Source: a virus
Taxonomy: Duplodnaviria; Caudoviricetes
Strand: one strand, 5' to 3'
IMG/VR virus record: IMGVR_UViG_3300043464_000574
Span: 1-56,467 of that record
Length of the DNA stretch: 56,467 bases
Part shown: positions 27,901 through 37,360 of the stretch, piece after piece
Layout: the number at the start of each line of letters is the position of its first letter
Position numbering within the stretch: position 1 is the first letter of the stretch
Notes under the pieces: model-generated
The model's database searches: none
What the model was told of the DNA's origin: nothing
Seen by the model: only the letters and a program-made list of their open reading frames with translations
Translations under genes and position numbers: made by a program

Positions 27901-30900
27901 TCGTTCATCAACTCCGGATTGACGGAGGAATTGTTTTGTACTGTTTGCATAGTCCTGCCTGACATGCCTTAACTTGACGCCAAGTTTCTTGTATAGATCT
28001 TGCTCAGGATACCATATCAACGCTTGAAATGCAGCGGGCGGAATATCTTGACCAGTACGATCTTTAAGTTTACTGACCGCACGATTCACGACATCACGCA
28101 ATTGCGATCGTTCAGTTCCCGTAGAAGGAGCATCGCGAGTTGCTTTCAGTGATTTGACAATAGTGATCGCAGCATTTGTCGCTTCAGATTTCTTGCGAAT
28201 GCCAGCGTCATACTCTGATCGGAACCTCTTGAAGTCGCTCTCATGTTGTTTTGCAAGTTGTCTTGCGCGAGCAACAAGATCATCCGTTGATGCGCCTTCC
28301 ATGCCCTCGGCCTTGGCAAGACGGTTTAACTGCTTGGCAAACTTCTTCTCATCAAAGTCCATTAACTTGCCGCGCAAACGGCCAATGGTTCGCATGAACC
28401 ACATATCTATGGTGACCGGACTAAAGTCTCCGCGCAGATTGGTGTAGAAACCGTTACCAATCTTGGGTCCGAACACAGCAGATCCGTAGACCGGAGCGTC
28501 AACCAGTTCACCGCCAACCTTAGCGCCTTTGCCAAGATGGCCCTTTAGGATTCCGTTTAAATCTCCAGCGCGGAACTTAGTTTGCAAGAAATCAGTGAAG
28601 GCTTGCATAGAACCCAACTGATTGATAAGTTCGTTCGCCTTCTGAAAATTCTTCTTGATGGAACCAGACTTTGATCCGTATCCCTTCTCTGGGAACCGGC
28701 CAGTACGTTTGAAGTAACTGTAAACTTCTTCGGCATACTTGAGGTTATCTGGAACCGCAAGGTTCTGAGAAGTAATGGCAAGGCCAGTGAGGAATGCAGT
28801 ACGAGCATTGGGATCAGTCTTGATCTCCGGATGCTTGAGCGCAAGCATTTCGATGGTGCGCTCAATGGTAGTGTCATACCACTCCAACGCATTCTTCTGC
28901 ACTTCCATCTCATAGAGGGCTTCCTCTACGAGATCATCGGCAATGGCATCTCGGTCTGCTTCGTTGTTTAAATCACGAACACGACCCAGTCTTTCCAGCG
29001 CACGATCTTGTAGGAACTGCGCGACCTGAGTTTTGCCAGCCATCTTCCTTGGTGGCAACTCCTCATTGGACATGATGGAGACTACGTTTGGCGATTCGCC
29101 AGCAGGCGCTGCACGACGCGACTCCCGAATGCTGGGGGTAGTCGGACTAAAGTCGCCCGTGTTTCCAATGGCAGACTTGATCTGACCGGGGTCAAAGACG
29201 GCGAGGTTCTTCTGACCGCCCTCTTCCACGAACATGCTGTCATAGCCAAGTTCCCGAATGGCATTAAGAATCGGGGAGTTACCATCTTCTCCTTCAATAG
29301 TTCCCCAGTCGCCCTTTTTAAATTGCTCTATCTGTCCTGAGTCAAGATCAATGGGGGAGATTTCCCTGACCTTCTTTAGGACTCTGTTGATATGTTCCTT
29401 GTTGTCGTAGTCAAACGAATTTTCTGCTTTGACATACACAGGCATGAGATTGGCTCCAGAAGGAAGTCTCTTCTGGATGGCATCCAAGTAACGGCTGCTT
29501 CGTCCTCCTGCTGCGGAGTCCTTGAAGATTTTAAGCAAGCCGGGGCGGATGGCTTTACCGGCAGACACTTCCGCTACTGCTTTATCTCTCGCCTCAGCCA
29601 TCATGTCGTATAGGCTTGGGGTGAAAGCAGATGATCTTTGCAGTGTCTCGTTCAGGATATCGATGACCTGCTCATCACTCATGAAGTCAGGGAAGTTGCC
29701 GACCATGTAGTCTTGAGACAATGCTGAGAATTCTTCAGCGAATCTAGGACTACGGGTCATGAACACTGCGCCAGCCTGCTTCGGACGGAACTGAGTAATG
29801 TCGGCAGCGGTTCCGTGGTAGAACACCAACGGACGGCCCTGCTTGTCAGTAGTCTTGCTGTCGCCAAACCAGTTCCAGAAGTTCTGAAGACCTTCCTGCG
29901 TAGGCTTGGTTTGAATGCCGAACACTTCCGGCCCTTCATAGCCAGAGTAAATGACTCGGTTTTCTGAGTCCAAGGTTGGCTTCAGTCTGCCAGCCACCTC
30001 AATGTTGGCAGGCACATTCTCAATGCTGCGACGTGACTCACGAATCGCTGCACCTTCCAACATAGCAGGGTTGAAGTCAGTTCCAGCCGGGGCTTTCTGC
30101 TGAAACTGTTGCTGTACCTGAACCTTCTTCTGCTCACGCTCTTGGTTACGAGCAACAGGACTCGCGATGATCGGCTGATAGTCTGCAAACCGCTCGGGCA
30201 ATACGCCCTGCTTTGCAAGTTCAGCCTCCGTAGCCCGAAGCGTTCTGATCTCGCCACGGGTACGCGCACCAATTTCACCAGACTGCAAACGATCCAAGAT
30301 GTCGGTGTAGTTCTGGAACCCTGCACCACGGAACGAATTGTCCAACTTGTCGAAGAAGTTAAACAGTCTGTCGGTAAGCACTTTTGGCTTTCCTGCAACT
30401 GCTTTGTTGCCAAACTTCTTGGCTTGACGGCTGAGATCCGCAACCGCTTCTTCTTCCCGAATCAACGGACTCTGGTCTGCATACGTCCGGTTGGCCCATT
30501 GAAGATAAGTCTCATTGGTCTCTTGACCAGTATTAGAATCACGCCGCCTTAGTTTGGCTGAAGCACGGGATAGCGTGTCCCATTCTTGCCCAGTCCAAAG
30601 ATCCAGTTCCCGTGCAGGGTGAACGATTTCGTGGTTTAGAACATCGACCAATGCGTTTACACGCTGTTCAGGGGTCAGTGTTTTGTCGGGATCAACACGA
30701 TCCACCGCCAAGGTGATCTCGCGCAGGAACGGGTTGTAATACCCTTCCGTCTCTGCGCCCATCTCTTGCATGTAGCGGACAGGATCACCGTAGTTGAGTA
30801 GGGTCTGATCGATACGGGTGGCGATATCGTCCAACCCGAATCCCTTCATCTTCTTGCGAATCTCTTCACGCAGGAAGTTGTAGGTGTCGGTGGTATCGGT

Positions 30901-33396
30901 CGGAGCAGGCAACAAAAGAACAGGCTTGGCCGGTCTTGCTGTGGGAACCCCTTGCTTCTGCAAGTCCTGCTTGATCGCATCGACTTTGATTTGCAGTCGT
31001 TCATCACCCGGCAGGAACCCCGCAGCCTCTGCGATCTGTTGGTCAGTGACCGATTGATCAAGGGAGTTGGCATCCTGCACGAACTTCGATGCACGAAGGA
31101 AGTTCTCGCGGGTATACGGCTTGGCTTCAAAGACCGGCAGTTTGGTAGTGGCTTCGAAGGTCGGCAGATTACGCAGACGGGCGTACAGCAACCGCTGCTC
31201 GCCGAAGTTCATGTCCGCCAGCGATTCCTTGCCGACGATAGATTTAAACAGCGCCTTGATTTCCGGCGTATCAATTTCTGATCCGACGTTCTTGGCTTTG
31301 AGTAGACGAGTGACTTCGTTGGTGAGCGTCTTCTCGCCCTTCATCAGGGCATTGATCTCTTGGATTGACAGTCCTTGGCCCTTGGCCGCTTCACGGTTCT
31401 TGCGATCCGCAAAAGCCTGAGCGTCTTCCAAAGACTGCAGTTCAATCTTCTGGCCTACCTTAACTCTAGGTGTGCCGTCCTCGTTCTTACCTGATGCATC
31501 GCTATCTTCTTGGCTGGCAAATCGCGTTTGAAATACTTCGCCAGCACTGCTTACTACAGAAGGAATATTGACGGTTGTTCGTTTGCCTTTTGAAACTTCA
31601 ACTTCTGTGGGAACAATCGTAGCCGTATAGGTCATGCCATCCGGGATGGCTTGCACATTGATATCGGTTAGGCGTTCGAACTTGTCGCCCAGTGCATCAC
31701 GGGCTTCTTCGACGGTGAAGGTCTGGGTTTCAGGGAGACCTTGTTCCTTGCGCTTCTGGTTGATCTGCTGCGCGAGGGTCAGACCGGGAACCACCATCTC
31801 CTTTTGGCCCGGTCCCTGAACCTTATAGCCAACCCGCTTCCCATCTTCCTTGACCTCTTCACCATCAAGGATCGTCTGGAAACTGTAGTTCTCAATGTAA
31901 CCCTTATCGGCTGTCGTACCGGCTGCTTCGTTGAGTGCAGCCGAGGTGATCATGTTCGCTTCCGGGTTCAGGATCTGATACCCGTAACGAGTCAGCGTGT
32001 CAGTAGTTACCTGATCGTAAGACTGACCGGAAGTCTCAAGGGTATTGAGGATCTGACCACGGATCTGACCATCGATCACTTCGTTGTTTAAACCATAAGA
32101 CAGGCCAACGGCTTGCTCATAGTTTTGAACTGGTTGACCGTACTGTCTCCCAGTAGAGTCCACCACCACATAGTTCGGGATGCGTTCACCCGTTTCGGTG
32201 ACAGTGGGGTCAACTTCTTTAACTTCAAACTTGGTATTGGCGGGGAAGTAGTCCCCCAGTTCACGCGATATAAGCCGCGCATAAGCCTGTCCAGCCGTTA
32301 CCGGCGCACCTTCGACAGTCGGGGCAGGGATGTTAACTGCGCCCGCCTGAGCGGCCTCAGCGGCTCTGCCAAATGCAGCCGGGTCAGCCTGCCGATTCGC
32401 ACGACGCTCTGCTTCAGCAGCCAAACTAGCCCGGATCTTTTCAATGTTGGCTTGCTCGCGCTCACGAGCCTTGGCTTCGTATTCGCGCTGCGCTTCGGTG
32501 GTCATGAAACTGCGGCGACCGGCTGCTGCATTGACCACGAAATCGGTAAATGCACCCACTGCACCGCCAACGGTCAGATCGTCCCACAAGGACTGACCTA
32601 TCGGCATCTTCTCGTTGTAGACGCCTCTTTCAGTAAGGTCTTGCAGAAGACCTGCACCAGCCTCCTGAACCGCTTCCTCTGCGCCGCCACGAATAGATCG
32701 CTGCAACAGATCCAAGATGCGGGACTTGTCTACTGGGGTGATGTTGCTTGGAACGCGCTTGAGGATGTTTGCAATCGGAGCAATTTCAGACAGTCCGATT
32801 ATTCCTCCCAATGCGATGGCGGCATCTTCTTGGCCTTGGCTAACATCAAGTCCCTGTGCGCGAGCGGCTGCAATACGCTGCGCCTGATCTCCTGCACCGG
32901 CTCCCGTGGCAAGCGTTGCGGCTGCACCCAACTCTCGGGTTCCCATGCCAAGTCGGGTGGCTTTGCCTGCTGCACCTAATGCTCTGAGGCCCGCAGCAGG
33001 AGTGAGGAACGAAGCCATCGATCCCACGCCTTCACCGAACTTGGTAAACCAAGCATCGGAGTAGTTGGGATCTACTCCCAGTGCGCTGTTGTTAATCCAA
33101 TCGCGACCAGCGCGGGAAGCCTTGACGAGTTCATTCTCTTCGCCGGTATCGATAGCATCTTTCAGGCCCACCACATTGGTCGCGGCATCTGCAAGTTCTG
33201 CTAAACCTTCGCCAGCAGACAGGAATGCTCCAGCAAACCCACGGCCAACGCCTTTAAACGTCTCGCCTACTTGGCCTAAGACAGTACGCTCTGGCTCTGG
33301 CTCTGGCTCGACAGGAGCGGGAGTGCTTGCTAGATAAGCATCCGGGTCGAAAGCAGTGGACTTTTCAGCCAGATACTTATCTGGATCGAAAGCCAT
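24943..33396 (-). CDS. Giant polyvalent ejection protein (zincin peptidase, ART-like, DNA-processing-like and LPD38-like domains)
   Basis: 2817 aa; HEIVH at 30619-30633; WFGDSK...VFYHGT...PVYV...GYD...AVFDPGQIKSAIGN (ART-PolyVal-like); WY...VTIDMWFMR...QALIW domain; C-terminal RIPIPFEVG (LPD38-like); last gene of the ejection operon. Confidence 0.8.
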   Translation of the reverse strand: MAFDPDKYLAEKSTAFDPDAYLASTPAPVEPEPEPERTVLGQVGETFKGVGRGFAGAFLSAGEGLAELADAATNVVGLKDAIDTGEENELVKASRAGRDWINNSALGVDPNYSDAWFTKFGEGVGSMASFLTPAAGLRALGAAGKATRLGMGTRELGAAATLATGAGAGDQAQRIAAARAQGLDVSQGQEDAAIALGGIIGLSEIAPIANILKRVPSNITPVDKSRILDLLQRSIRGGAEEAVQEAGAGLLQDLTERGVYNEKMPIGQSLWDDLTVGGAVGAFTDFVVNAAAGRRSFMTTEAQREYEAKAREREQANIEKIRASLAAEAERRANRQADPAAFGRAAEAAQAGAVNIPAPTVEGAPVTAGQAYARLISRELGDYFPANTKFEVKEVDPTVTETGERIPNYVVVDSTGRQYGQPVQNYEQAVGLSYGLNNEVIDGQIRGQILNTLETSGQSYDQVTTDTLTRYGYQILNPEANMITSAALNEAAGTTADKGYIENYSFQTILDGEEVKEDGKRVGYKVQGPGQKEMVVPGLTLAQQINQKRKEQGLPETQTFTVEEARDALGDKFERLTDINVQAIPDGMTYTATIVPTEVEVSKGKRTTVNIPSVVSSAGEVFQTRFASQEDSDASGKNEDGTPRVKVGQKIELQSLEDAQAFADRKNREAAKGQGLSIQEINALMKGEKTLTNEVTRLLKAKNVGSEIDTPEIKALFKSIVGKESLADMNFGEQRLLYARLRNLPTFEATTKLPVFEAKPYTRENFLRASKFVQDANSLDQSVTDQQIAEAAGFLPGDERLQIKVDAIKQDLQKQGVPTARPAKPVLLLPAPTDTTDTYNFLREEIRKKMKGFGLDDIATRIDQTLLNYGDPVRYMQEMGAETEGYYNPFLREITLAVDRVDPDKTLTPEQRVNALVDVLNHEIVHPARELDLWTGQEWDTLSRASAKLRRRDSNTGQETNETYLQWANRTYADQSPLIREEEAVADLSRQAKKFGNKAVAGKPKVLTDRLFNFFDKLDNSFRGAGFQNYTDILDRLQSGEIGARTRGEIRTLRATEAELAKQGVLPERFADYQPIIASPVARNQEREQKKVQVQQQFQQKAPAGTDFNPAMLEGAAIRESRRSIENVPANIEVAGRLKPTLDSENRVIYSGYEGPEVFGIQTKPTQEGLQNFWNWFGDSKTTDKQGRPLVFYHGTAADITQFRPKQAGAVFMTRSPRFAEEFSALSQDYMVGNFPDFMSDEQVIDILNETLQRSSAFTPSLYDMMAEARDKAVAEVSAGKAIRPGLLKIFKDSAAGGRSSRYLDAIQKRLPSGANLMPVYVKAENSFDYDNKEHINRVLKKVREISPIDLDSGQIEQFKKGDWGTIEGEDGNSPILNAIRELGYDSMFVEEGGQKNLAVFDPGQIKSAIGNTGDFSPTTPSIRESRRAAPAGESPNVVSIMSNEELPPRKMAGKTQVAQFLQDRALERLGRVRDLNNEADRDAIADDLVEEALYEMEVQKNALEWYDTTIERTIEMLALKHPEIKTDPNARTAFLTGLAITSQNLAVPDNLKYAEEVYSYFKRTGRFPEKGYGSKSGSIKKNFQKANELINQLGSMQAFTDFLQTKFRAGDLNGILKGHLGKGAKVGGELVDAPVYGSAVFGPKIGNGFYTNLRGDFSPVTIDMWFMRTIGRLRGKLMDFDEKKFAKQLNRLAKAEGMEGASTDDLVARARQLAKQHESDFKRFRSEYDAGIRKKSEATNAAITIVKSLKATRDAPSTGTERSQLRDVVNRAVSKLKDRTGQDIPPAAFQALIWYPEQDLYKKLGVKLRHVRQDYANSTKQFLRQSGVDERAIKRAEDRVRGRRQRRAERVRPGTTEPVEGAVEPPSSEVSGTLPQAETEQIVRESRARPKEQLDRAVKKAEENIAKAPFGTVPLYNLNASPEALYVAQNPEAGEKLDANDFIRYSRNNQPTYSPGVDQILDKLAVDPPNQTVGQTIVQGLTLSPFRRLVEIFRMNWINNNSRLEYLYQRDPNLMRNTADSSALVGVELADRHRAITASAIKDGVPVYRNGLVKVEDFIHNNRRYRGLAEVMAPLYSNQYGNLERLAQSYAIALRGRRLTAEGKLAPGDPADLPRLEAEVARFVNPETGNSIIKEWYDAWQAYNGYVVQFLRDTGMIDDAGAQLWLQQSDYIPFYRETRGGSVAHPKIFGGLTSTTHLKAVGKSSEAINMPLLESILTNLDAAIAMGMKNVAQQRIVRDMIQIGLGRMVQPGQQTEGLSTVTFKVQGKKYSAFIDDPLIFESMQALPELGVTGVLETVFRVPASILREMITREPGYMIANLIRDTASVTFTSQASIAAAGTAVKNFADGFDQLRRTGVIGGYDFARDPKDMAVYLSDEAKKMGHEIPVEYPSALGKVSRSKYLKPFSWIWDAAGQVSDRSEAFNRIRVYEDTLKRTGNEAEAVYQALSVMNYGRRGRSPIIRTLSAIVPFLNARIQGLDKLYQAGTGQFGPTRSRTKNALNFTARAALMVGLTMYYYSMVSDDDEYKNANPEVLDNYYIFPTGMGFAIRIPIPFEVGLLFKTLPERIMRLSDGTDTFRDARQSAARAVTSTLAFNPIPQAVLPIAEIYANYDTFTGRSVIPPYMDERIAAEYQTRFGTNELARRLGEATGYSPIKIDHLLNGYFGTLGTYTLDAIDHLLRDSDRAYPARDPYEYPFVRRFFADANQPGLQAQYYDLYREVGKVTNTIRQLREDGRIEELNAYIMENQNILAVKSGVDALNKIMKNYRDQKDAVLKSPLDPEIKKQVIDQMDANMNATLQIMPILRRTAFSEQRQAG

Positions 33397-34979
33397 TACG
33401 GAACTCCAAGTTTGGCCTTGATCTGCGAAGCCCTTGGATCATTGGGATTTGAGTTTGCCCAAGCCAATGCCTCCTGATCTGCTTTGCTTAGAGTCGCGCT
33501 GGCAGATGAACCACCAAACGCCTCTGGGTCAAGAGACATTGCAAAATCTCTAGTTAATTTTGAAACCTCTTCCGGAGTAAATCGTTGGCCATCCTTCTTA
33601 ATTGTGAGGGTGGGATTAGCCGCTATGTAATCACCGGCAATCTTCAATGAAGCAGAACGTGCGGCTTGAGCGGAGTTTGCATTGCGACCAAGTTGAACAC
33701 GCTCATCAGCAATGATTTTTTCTCTATTTGCTTGATAGGTAGCAATGAGTTGAGCCGCTTGCAATTTATCACTGCGAGTTGCTTTCTGTTCACCAGAGAC
33801 GATATTTGCAATGTTATTAACTGCATCACTCTTGAACTTCATAGTGTCAAGAATGGCCTGACGCTGTTGTTGAGCAGCCTGTAACTGCAACTGTTCAGCC
33901 ATGCGTCCTTCAGCAGATGCTTCGCGGCGACCTTCAGCAAGAGTAGACATGGCTGTTTGTGTTGCCTGTCTCAAGCCTGCGGCAGGATCTCCACCCATCA
34001 CGCCAGCGCCAAGGCTAGTCAAAGTTCCGGCAATCGCCATACGACGAGCCTCGTCCTTCGCTTCTTTTTGACGTTGCTGTGCTGACTGAATGAATTGAGA
34101 TATGTCAACAGGCGGAGGCAATCCTTGTTCCATCTGTTGTCTTTGTAAATCAATAGCAGCCTGCACTTCTGTAGGTCTTTCATTAGAGGCAAGGCCACTA
34201 AGCAAAGACTGCAATGACAATGCGGATTGTGAGCCAGCAGCAGGTGCAGCGGTTCTCTGCCCAGCCATAGCCGCGCCAGCGTTCACTATGCCACCCGGTG
34301 ACACAGGCGGACGAGACGACGCAGCAACAGGGGGTGCGACTGCTTGAGGTCTGGCAGGAGCAGTGACACCAGAGAGTTCATTTAAGATCACACTAGGGTC
34401 TTCAACAGATGCGCGGTTAAACATCTGCGTGTTTGCTCTGGCGGTATTGTATTGAGGTTCGAATCGCGCCAGCACTTCTGCCTGAGCAGCCGGTGGCAAC
34501 GAATCAAATGTCGGAAGCATCCGCTTCACAAACGACTTCAAGTCCATATCAAGTGGAATACGAGGGCCTGAAGCGGCAGCATTCTGCGCCTTCATCCGCA
34601 TGGTGAGATCAGGAACAGTCCTGCCTTCCTGCATCCGGTACGGAACCTGTCCGCCCTGATACATGCCCATCGGCGCACCTGTCATAGGCTGCTGCATCGG
34701 CGCTCCCGGAGGAGCCGCACCCGGAGGGGCCATCGGAGGAGGTTCACCGCCCGGCGGAGGGCCACCCGCACTAGCGATACCGCCCTGAAGGATCTGATCC
34801 TTGATGGTGGGTTCCGCATTACCACCCTGCGCCTGAAAACGCTGACGCATTTCCTGACGACGCTGAACTTCAGAGATCGCCAAGAACTGCGGGATCTGCG
34901 GGGGTGGGTTCTGTGCGTACTGGAAAAGGACTTGGTCAGGAAGTCCCTTGACCATGTCTTCTGCTTCAAGAATGTTCAT
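33396..34979 (-). CDS. Ejection/internal virion protein
   Basis: 527 aa, A/Q/P-rich, MYQGG motif, coiled coil with a Gly-rich hydrophobic stretch. Confidence 0.7.
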   Translation of the reverse strand: MNILEAEDMVKGLPDQVLFQYAQNPPPQIPQFLAISEVQRRQEMRQRFQAQGGNAEPTIKDQILQGGIASAGGPPPGGEPPPMAPPGAAPPGAPMQQPMTGAPMGMYQGGQVPYRMQEGRTVPDLTMRMKAQNAAASGPRIPLDMDLKSFVKRMLPTFDSLPPAAQAEVLARFEPQYNTARANTQMFNRASVEDPSVILNELSGVTAPARPQAVAPPVAASSRPPVSPGGIVNAGAAMAGQRTAAPAAGSQSALSLQSLLSGLASNERPTEVQAAIDLQRQQMEQGLPPPVDISQFIQSAQQRQKEAKDEARRMAIAGTLTSLGAGVMGGDPAAGLRQATQTAMSTLAEGRREASAEGRMAEQLQLQAAQQQRQAILDTMKFKSDAVNNIANIVSGEQKATRSDKLQAAQLIATYQANREKIIADERVQLGRNANSAQAARSASLKIAGDYIAANPTLTIKKDGQRFTPEEVSKLTRDFAMSLDPEAFGGSSASATLSKADQEALAWANSNPNDPRASQIKAKLGVP

Positions 34980-34982
34980 GGT

Positions 34983-36854
34983 TTAACCCCGTCCAAGAGC
35001 CTGATACAGGCCCAATGCTCCTAAACCGCTACCCAATGCCTGCTCTCCAGCAGAGGGAACTCTACCAAATGTCGAGACGGTGCTGCCCGGATTAATCGGT
35101 ATGCCTTGCAAGAGATTGCTGAGGTAACCCAACTGCTCCCGGCCATACGCCTGCTGACGCAGGAAGTCTTCGTAGCCGATATCCAGACCGCGCTGCATGA
35201 GACCACGGCGCTCTGCGCCCACCCCACCAATTGCAGCCAAGCGACGAAGATCCAGTTCCTGCTGGGTTCCGCCAAGGCCAGAGAGAAGTTCCGCCGCAGC
35301 CAGACGCTGGGCCTGATTTGCCCGATCTGCGGACAGCCCTTCCAGACCCAGCAATGCTCGCTGACGCTGCTGTTCGATATTGAACTGCTGTGCCTGCATC
35401 TGGAACTGCTGCTGTGCGCGGCGTGCGGCATCGGTCTGCTCTTGTGCAGACAGACCCATTCTGGCCGCTTCTTGACGAGCCTGTTCGCCTGCCTGCTGGG
35501 CCTGCATACGGAACTCAGCCTGCCGCTGACGAGCCGCTTCTTGGGCTTGGAACGAGGCAAGACCCTGCTGACCCTGAGCCTGACGAGCCTGCTCGCGCTG
35601 TGAGTACGCGCTCTGTCTAAACTGTTCAGACGCCTTGCGGGATTCTTCAGCCTGCTGTTGGGCGTTCATGCCCATCTCAGCCGCACGTTGCTTGGCTTGC
35701 TCCGCAGCCTGCTGGGCTTGGAACCCAAGGTTCGCTTCGAACTGACGCTCTTCCTGACCCGCCTGATACGAACGCAGCCCGAACTCCGCCTGAGCCTGTC
35801 TGGCTGCTTCGTTCTGTTGCTGGGCAGTCATGCCCATTTCTGCTGCACGTTGACGCGCTTGCTCGCCAGCCTGTTGGGCTTGGAATCCCATTTCGCCTGC
35901 GCGTTGACGGGCGGCTTCCTGTGCTTGGAATGCGCCAAGTCCAAACTGCGCCTGCTGCAACCGAGCAGCACGATCCGCTTCGAATCCTTCACGGGCTTGT
36001 TGGAACGCAGCCTGTGAACCACGGGCTTGGATATCCCCCAACTGCTGACTGAGGGTGCGCTGACGCTCTGCCTCTAAGAGAGCCGAACGAGTTCCGCCCA
36101 AAGCGCCTGCACGAGCAGCCTGCGCCCCGACCTGAGGACGCTGCGCTTCGGAAGCCCTGACTGCTTCGCGCTTCTCAATGTCGGTGACCGCCTGCTGATA
36201 AGGCGACATGTACGATTCGACGGTGCCGGGCTGTGTAAACGTGCCAGCCTCAAAGCGATCTTGGAACGTACCTGCCTGATAACCGGGCGTGAATGTACCG
36301 GCTTCATATCCCGGAGTGATGGTTCCGGCCTGATAACGGTCGGTGAACCTTTCTCCTTGGAACGAAGGCTGGAAGGTTCCGGCGGTATAACCGGGCTGGA
36401 ACTGACCTGCCTGAAACTGCGACCGGAGGTCTTCAGCCTGATAGCCCGGACCCACCTGTCCTGCTTGGTAGCCCGCATCAAACTTGCCCGGCGCATATCC
36501 GGTCTGGAACTGAGTCGCTTGATAGGTCGGGGTGATTTGACCCGGCTGGAATGATCCAGCGATATCCATACCAGATGGCATCTGAGCAAAACCCACTTGG
36601 CGGGCAATATCAGTCGCCATGCCGATCTGCTCAGGACGCTGAAGGCTAGCAATGCCCTTCTGCGCTTGAGTCTCTTCAGGAGCGAACTGGGCTAGTCTCT
36701 GCCCGGTATATTCCTGATACGGACGCGCACTCTCAAACAGTCCTCGCTGAAGGACTTGTTCGAAGTACGGCTGAACGTAAGCCGGAAGGTTGCTCTGGGT
36801 TACCGTTGAAGTGACCTGTTGTGGGCCACCGCCGCCGCCACCGCCACCGCTCAT
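34983..36854 (-). CDS. Ejection (DNA pilot-like) protein with internal repeats
   Basis: 623 aa; poly-Gly N-terminus, YMSPYQQAV, GALGGTRS motifs, 9-aa YQAG.F.PG repeats and QQAGEQARQ.AA.MG repeats, hydrophobic C-terminus. Confidence 0.75.
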   Translation of the reverse strand: MSGGGGGGGGPQQVTSTVTQSNLPAYVQPYFEQVLQRGLFESARPYQEYTGQRLAQFAPEETQAQKGIASLQRPEQIGMATDIARQVGFAQMPSGMDIAGSFQPGQITPTYQATQFQTGYAPGKFDAGYQAGQVGPGYQAEDLRSQFQAGQFQPGYTAGTFQPSFQGERFTDRYQAGTITPGYEAGTFTPGYQAGTFQDRFEAGTFTQPGTVESYMSPYQQAVTDIEKREAVRASEAQRPQVGAQAARAGALGGTRSALLEAERQRTLSQQLGDIQARGSQAAFQQAREGFEADRAARLQQAQFGLGAFQAQEAARQRAGEMGFQAQQAGEQARQRAAEMGMTAQQQNEAARQAQAEFGLRSYQAGQEERQFEANLGFQAQQAAEQAKQRAAEMGMNAQQQAEESRKASEQFRQSAYSQREQARQAQGQQGLASFQAQEAARQRQAEFRMQAQQAGEQARQEAARMGLSAQEQTDAARRAQQQFQMQAQQFNIEQQRQRALLGLEGLSADRANQAQRLAAAELLSGLGGTQQELDLRRLAAIGGVGAERRGLMQRGLDIGYEDFLRQQAYGREQLGYLSNLLQGIPINPGSTVSTFGRVPSAGEQALGSGLGALGLYQALGRG

Positions 36855-37360
36855 AACCTTCTCCTATACTCTTCAAGAGATTCATGACTACTGAAGAAAT
36901 TGCGAACCTCAAGACTCACAGATCTCATGTAATCATGTCCTCTGGTAAGAAAAATCGTGTAAATGAAAATCTCATGCATGTAGTCTCTTAGGACATATGC
37001 AATGGCCTTGTCATTGTCTGAGCCTTTTTCAAGGCTTATTGAATCAATCCATGCATTCAAAGCCGCATTAATCAATGGCATTAACACAGGCTTGTAATGA
37101 TTGAAAAATGGGTTTAGCGGGAGGACGGTAAGCATGTTTACAAATACTCGCATTACATGCTGCTTGTCTATTCCCTTATCTCCATCGATAAGGTCATCCC
37201 AAAGTTCCACCGCATCAGAGTAATCAAGAATGAAACTTATCGCATGTTCATCTTGAATCCACTCGCGCAATCTCTCATTTCTAACTCTTCGCCACGAAGC
37301 AGAGTCAAACTCAACTGCTTTGTTTACATCAACCAGTGCTGGTTTATTTGAACTGCTCAT
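36851..37360 (-). CDS. DDxxD-motif (isoprenoid synthase-like) protein
   Basis: WDDLIDGD aspartate-rich motif in a helical protein, LP.NPFF; ATGA-coupled start at 37360; AT-rich. Confidence 0.55.
   Translation of the reverse strand: MSSSNKPALVDVNKAVEFDSASWRRVRNERLREWIQDEHAISFILDYSDAVELWDDLIDGDKGIDKQHVMRVFVNMLTVLPLNPFFNHYKPVLMPLINAALNAWIDSISLEKGSDNDKAIAYVLRDYMHEIFIYTIFLTRGHDYMRSVSLEVRNFFSSHESLEEYRRRL

Noticed and set aside
32113-32979. 288-aa plus-strand ORF, and similar long antisense ORFs (2395-3099, 10252-11031, 52204-52944)
   Set aside because: They are shadows opposite well-supported genes in GC-rich DNA, with no RBS or motifs.
35520-35600. CTGACGAG copies resembling hammerhead cores
   Set aside because: They are the antisense of Ala-Arg-Gln codons in the protein repeats, with no supporting stems.
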